This document shows positions 16,629 through 19,462 of a stretch of 19,462 nucleotides of DNA, one piece after another; position 1 is the first letter of the stretch; the number at the start of each line of letters is the position of its first letter. This DNA is from Candidatus Bathyarchaeota archaeon. GTDB lineage: Archaea; Thermoproteota; Bathyarchaeia; 40CM-2-53-6. The translations under genes were made by a program, and so were the position numbers. The DNA is taken from assembly GCA_963833125.1 (NCBI GenBank), contig CAWHWX010000011.1, forward strand, positions 1 through 19,462, in the 5' to 3' direction. Below the pieces are notes generated by a model. It was not told where the DNA came from and searched no databases. It was given only the letters and a program-made list of their open reading frames with translations.

Positions 16629-16995
16629 GTGGACATTAGTCGGCACGATCATTCACCTAGTAATCGCTGGTATCATCGGCGGAATTTTCGTCTGGCTCGC
16701 CGCAAAAGCACTGGGCGCACCTCGGGCGTCATACTGGCACGGCATTTTGACGGTTGTCTGTGCGATCATACTCACCGATATCATAGGCTATTTCATCGGC
16801 GGGTTAGGGATGGATTACAACAATCATCGAAATCGTCATAATCCTACTGCTTGATCAAGCACTTCTTCGGTGTTGGCTGGATTAAGGCGAGTTGTAATCG
16901 CAATACTTGCTGTGATCATACTGATCATAGTGCTCTTCGTACTAGCGGCGATTGGAATCACAGTACTCGGCGGAATGTTCCCGGGCGTCCCATAG
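16629..16995 (+). CDS. Small 4-TM hypothetical membrane protein; frameshifted
   Basis: Stitched LVGTIIHLVIAGIIGGIFVWLAAKALG...LIKHFFGVGWIKA.VIAILAVIILIIVLFVLAAIGITVLGGMFPGVP*. GAGG RBS upstream. Confidence 0.7.
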
Positions 16996-17042
16996 GCTGG
17001 ATAGTGGAGAAAGCGACGACTCGGCGCTCCCGTACTGGGACC

Positions 17043-17327
17043 TCAAAGCTGAGATGTAGAGCTAGCCGGTAACGCGTAAGCTGACTCTACAGATTCCTGA
17101 CTTCGAAACTTAGCATTCTTCCGGCGGGCGAATCGTCGTCCCACCACGATGAAACTCCCTAACACTAAGCCGGCCAGTACTGATTCTGGGGGAAAGCCTG
17201 GTATTGCAACCACCATGACGTTTCCTCTACCCTGCATGATCAAGAAAATTATGACTACTAGCGATATGAGGCTCAGGAGCGAGATTACCAGCAAAATGAT
17301 GCCTACAGGACCCTCTGTCGCGAACAA
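17043..17327 (-). CDS. Small membrane protein with IPGFP (PGF-CTERM-like) motif, TM and basic tail
   Basis: Long N-terminal hydrophobic stretch, then AIPGFPPESVLAGLVLGSFIVVGRRFARRK. Confidence 0.65.
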   Translation of the reverse strand: MFATEGPVGIILLVISLLSLISLVVIIFLIMQGRGNVMVVAIPGFPPESVLAGLVLGSFIVVGRRFARRKNAKFRSQESVESAYALPASSTSQL

Positions 17328-17562
17328 CCACTACCATGTTTTCCACCGATTAGCAGCATCTGTGAAGATTGGACGGTAAGGACTTTTCGTTGCCACAAGA
17401 GATGGACAAGGGCAAACACCACCCACTGCAACTATTGCAGTAGGTTGAACAACCAACTTTTACACGGCAAGACAACCCCCCCAATATTCGTCGCGCAACA
17501 TGAAATCCTCTTGAACTCACTTGGTAGAGGGGCTGGTCTGGAGGTCGTTTCTTTGCCTTTTG

Positions 17563-18264
17563 TTAAAGGTAGAGATACGTGATGTTCACTGTTGCAGTGA
17601 CTTGTTGTGGTCCGGAGTTTATTGGCGTTGGCTGTTTGGTTCCACTAGTGTTCCCGTATATGATTGGTTGTGGGACGATGCCGTAGCCGTAGTTGGTCGA
17701 TACAGAAGCAACTCCGAGAATCACGCCTCCTAATCCGCTAACTATCGCTGACGCTTGTGAATTGGCGTCCTGGACCGCTTTATGATACGCTTGGCCTTGC
17801 AGGGTGTTGTAATTCGGGTCGGTGAACGTGAAGGAAATTCCGTCTATCTCATTTGCTCCCGCTTGTACTGCCGCGTCGATGATTCTTCCGACGTTCGGTA
17901 GATTCTCAGTTCCAGTAACGATTACCTCCATTGAATTCAAGGCAACGTAACCGACGACCTCACTGTAATTGTATGCATCGTATGTAGGCGAGAGTGAGTA
18001 AGAGAGTGTCTTGATGTCGCTCTTGTTGACTCCGAGAGCGGCAAGCGAAACAAAGACTGCATTCGCCTGAACTCCGTTCTCCGCCGCCGCTTTGGCTGCC
18101 GATGAGTCTTGCGTGCGAACTGAAAACATTATGTCCGCTTCGTCGGGATACGCTGTTACGGTTCCTGTCCCGGTGACGCTGATTCTCGGCACCGCGACGA
18201 AGTACAGAAAAGACGCCAGGATAACTATGCCAACTAATCCTATGCCTATCATTCGTTTCTTCAT
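17563..18264 (-). CDS. SIMPL domain (DUF541) protein
   Basis: N-terminal anchor, ISVTGTGTVTAYPDEA, DIKTLSYSLSPTYD, IIDAAVQAGANEIDGISF and QQVTATVNITY. Confidence 0.93.
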   Translation of the reverse strand: MKKRMIGIGLVGIVILASFLYFVAVPRISVTGTGTVTAYPDEADIMFSVRTQDSSAAKAAAENGVQANAVFVSLAALGVNKSDIKTLSYSLSPTYDAYNYSEVVGYVALNSMEVIVTGTENLPNVGRIIDAAVQAGANEIDGISFTFTDPNYNTLQGQAYHKAVQDANSQASAIVSGLGGVILGVASVSTNYGYGIVPQPIIYGNTSGTKQPTPINSGPQQVTATVNITYLYL

Positions 18265-18361
18265 TGCGATCGAATTATCATACTTCTAATTGACCTAATA
18301 GTCTAGGCAATAGAACATGGTCGCATCACTGTTCTAATTCATAGTACCTATCATCTGAGGC

Positions 18362-19356
18362 TCAGTGGGTTCTACGATTGACCAACTTCTTCCAGACTGG
18401 GCCAAAACAGTTCTGGGGTATCATGAGGCCTACGACCCAGTTGGGCTTATCCACAATCTCGTGTATTCTTAGATCCCCGGCTACGCTACAGAATATGTAC
18501 GCCTCCTCCCTACTGATCCCGGCGCTTTCAGTTAGTTCGAAAATCATTCTGCTAATTGCTTGCTTGCACGCATCCATCAGGTCCGGTCGCTATGCCCGTC
18601 GTCACGTAACTTCTCCCAACCGGTACCCTCAGGCCGCTGTGAAATAGTGTGGGGCCTCAAGGTTTGCATCCCTTAATCAAACCGATTCGCACGGTGACTG
18701 CTCCGGGGCATTCGATGGCCGTCACGCAAACCTCCCCATCCCCCTGAGCTGCGTGAACGTCGCCGACTGAAAACAGGCCACCGTCCACCTGAACTGGGAG
18801 CAGGAGTCTACTTCCAGCGGTCAGATGGCGTATGTCCATATTGCCGCCATGAAATCCAGGGGGCATGACCTCCGTGGGCTGGTCGAGGTCCGGTGCCACT
18901 CCCATCACTCCGCAAAACGGCCTATACCGGACTCTCAACCCGTTCTTGAAATCCACCCAACTTTTCTTACTGATCTTCCACGTCCACAGGAAGGGTTCGT
19001 TGAATCCATCGAGCGCTCCAAGTCCGGGAATCACTGCGGACCAGCCCCAATCAGCAGTATCGACTTTCAATATGTCAACCATCAACGCGTCGCCTTTTCC
19101 AGCGCCCTTCACGCCGGACTGGTCCAGTAAGAGGATAGAACTTGGCCACGTCAAGTTTGCTGATCTCACTGCTCGTGCTTTTCCGAGTTAATTGGGACGA
19201 CGTAACCTCATGAATCTGGAAGGTAACACGGTCGCCCGAATCGATCTCTAGGACGGGTTTATGGTTTTTGTTCCACATGTAGTGGGAGCTTTCCTTCTTC
19301 ACGAGATAGGAATGTGGCAAGTTTTCTCTGCTAACAAAAGTTGCAAGCGTCGCCAC
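18362..19356 (-). CDS. Acetamidase/formamidase family protein; frameshifted
   Basis: PVLEIDSGD, PLTGPV, PFCGVMGVAP, GGNMD, SVGDVHAAQGDGEVCVTAIE and AYIFCSVAGDLRIHEIVDKPNW. Confidence 0.93.
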
Positions 19357-19462
19357 TATTTAACATCCGCATAAGTATCGCGTCTGTCGGCATCACATCC
19401 AGCAGACATCTCCGGCTAGTCTTCAGCGTTTTCCATCAGAAATTTGGAAGGGAGCTACATCT

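Noticed and set aside
17421-17445. Inverted repeat ACTGCAA-cta-TTGCAGT, and similarly TAGAACA-N12-TGTTCTA at 18311-18336
   Set aside because: Single 7-bp stems in intergenic DNA; could be operators or terminators but have no independent support.
670-19356. Frequent frameshifts as programmed frameshifting or mass pseudogenisation
   Set aside because: They hit unrelated, otherwise well-conserved genes (polX, nnrD, UPF0282, amidase) at scattered positions without consistent slippery motifs. Read or assembly indel errors are the simpler explanation.

Overview
Archaeal genomic window, most consistent with a TACK archaeon such as Bathyarchaeia. This is inferred from TATA/BRE promoters, GGAGG/GGTGA ribosome-binding sites, a UPF0282 gene, a Cren7-like gene and IPGFP/IxEYP C-terminal sorting signals. 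Many genes carry single-base frameshifts that look like uncorrected read errors, so CDSs below are stitched across frames and some boundaries are approximate. The left ~7.3 kb is accessory. It holds an NHL-repeat surface protein, a secreted alpha/alpha-barrel-like protein, a split CTERM gene with an inserted roadblock-like gene, DUF6855, a GNAT, two DDE transposase C-terminal remnants and Cys-rich microproteins. It is punctuated by a recurring, degenerate back-to-back tRNA-3'-end-like element (GGTTCAA-N11-CGCACCA arms) lying between single genes. The right part is more core-like: AbrB-like regulator, K+ channel, CBS protein, UPF0282, Cren7-like protein with a long hairpin 5' leader, queT with a riboswitch-like leader, DinB, macrodomain, PhzF, NnrD, PolX-PHP, SIMPL and acetamidase. 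Top leads are (1) the tRNA-derived inter-cassette sites, (2) the queT leader RNA and (3) the Cren7-like leader RNA.
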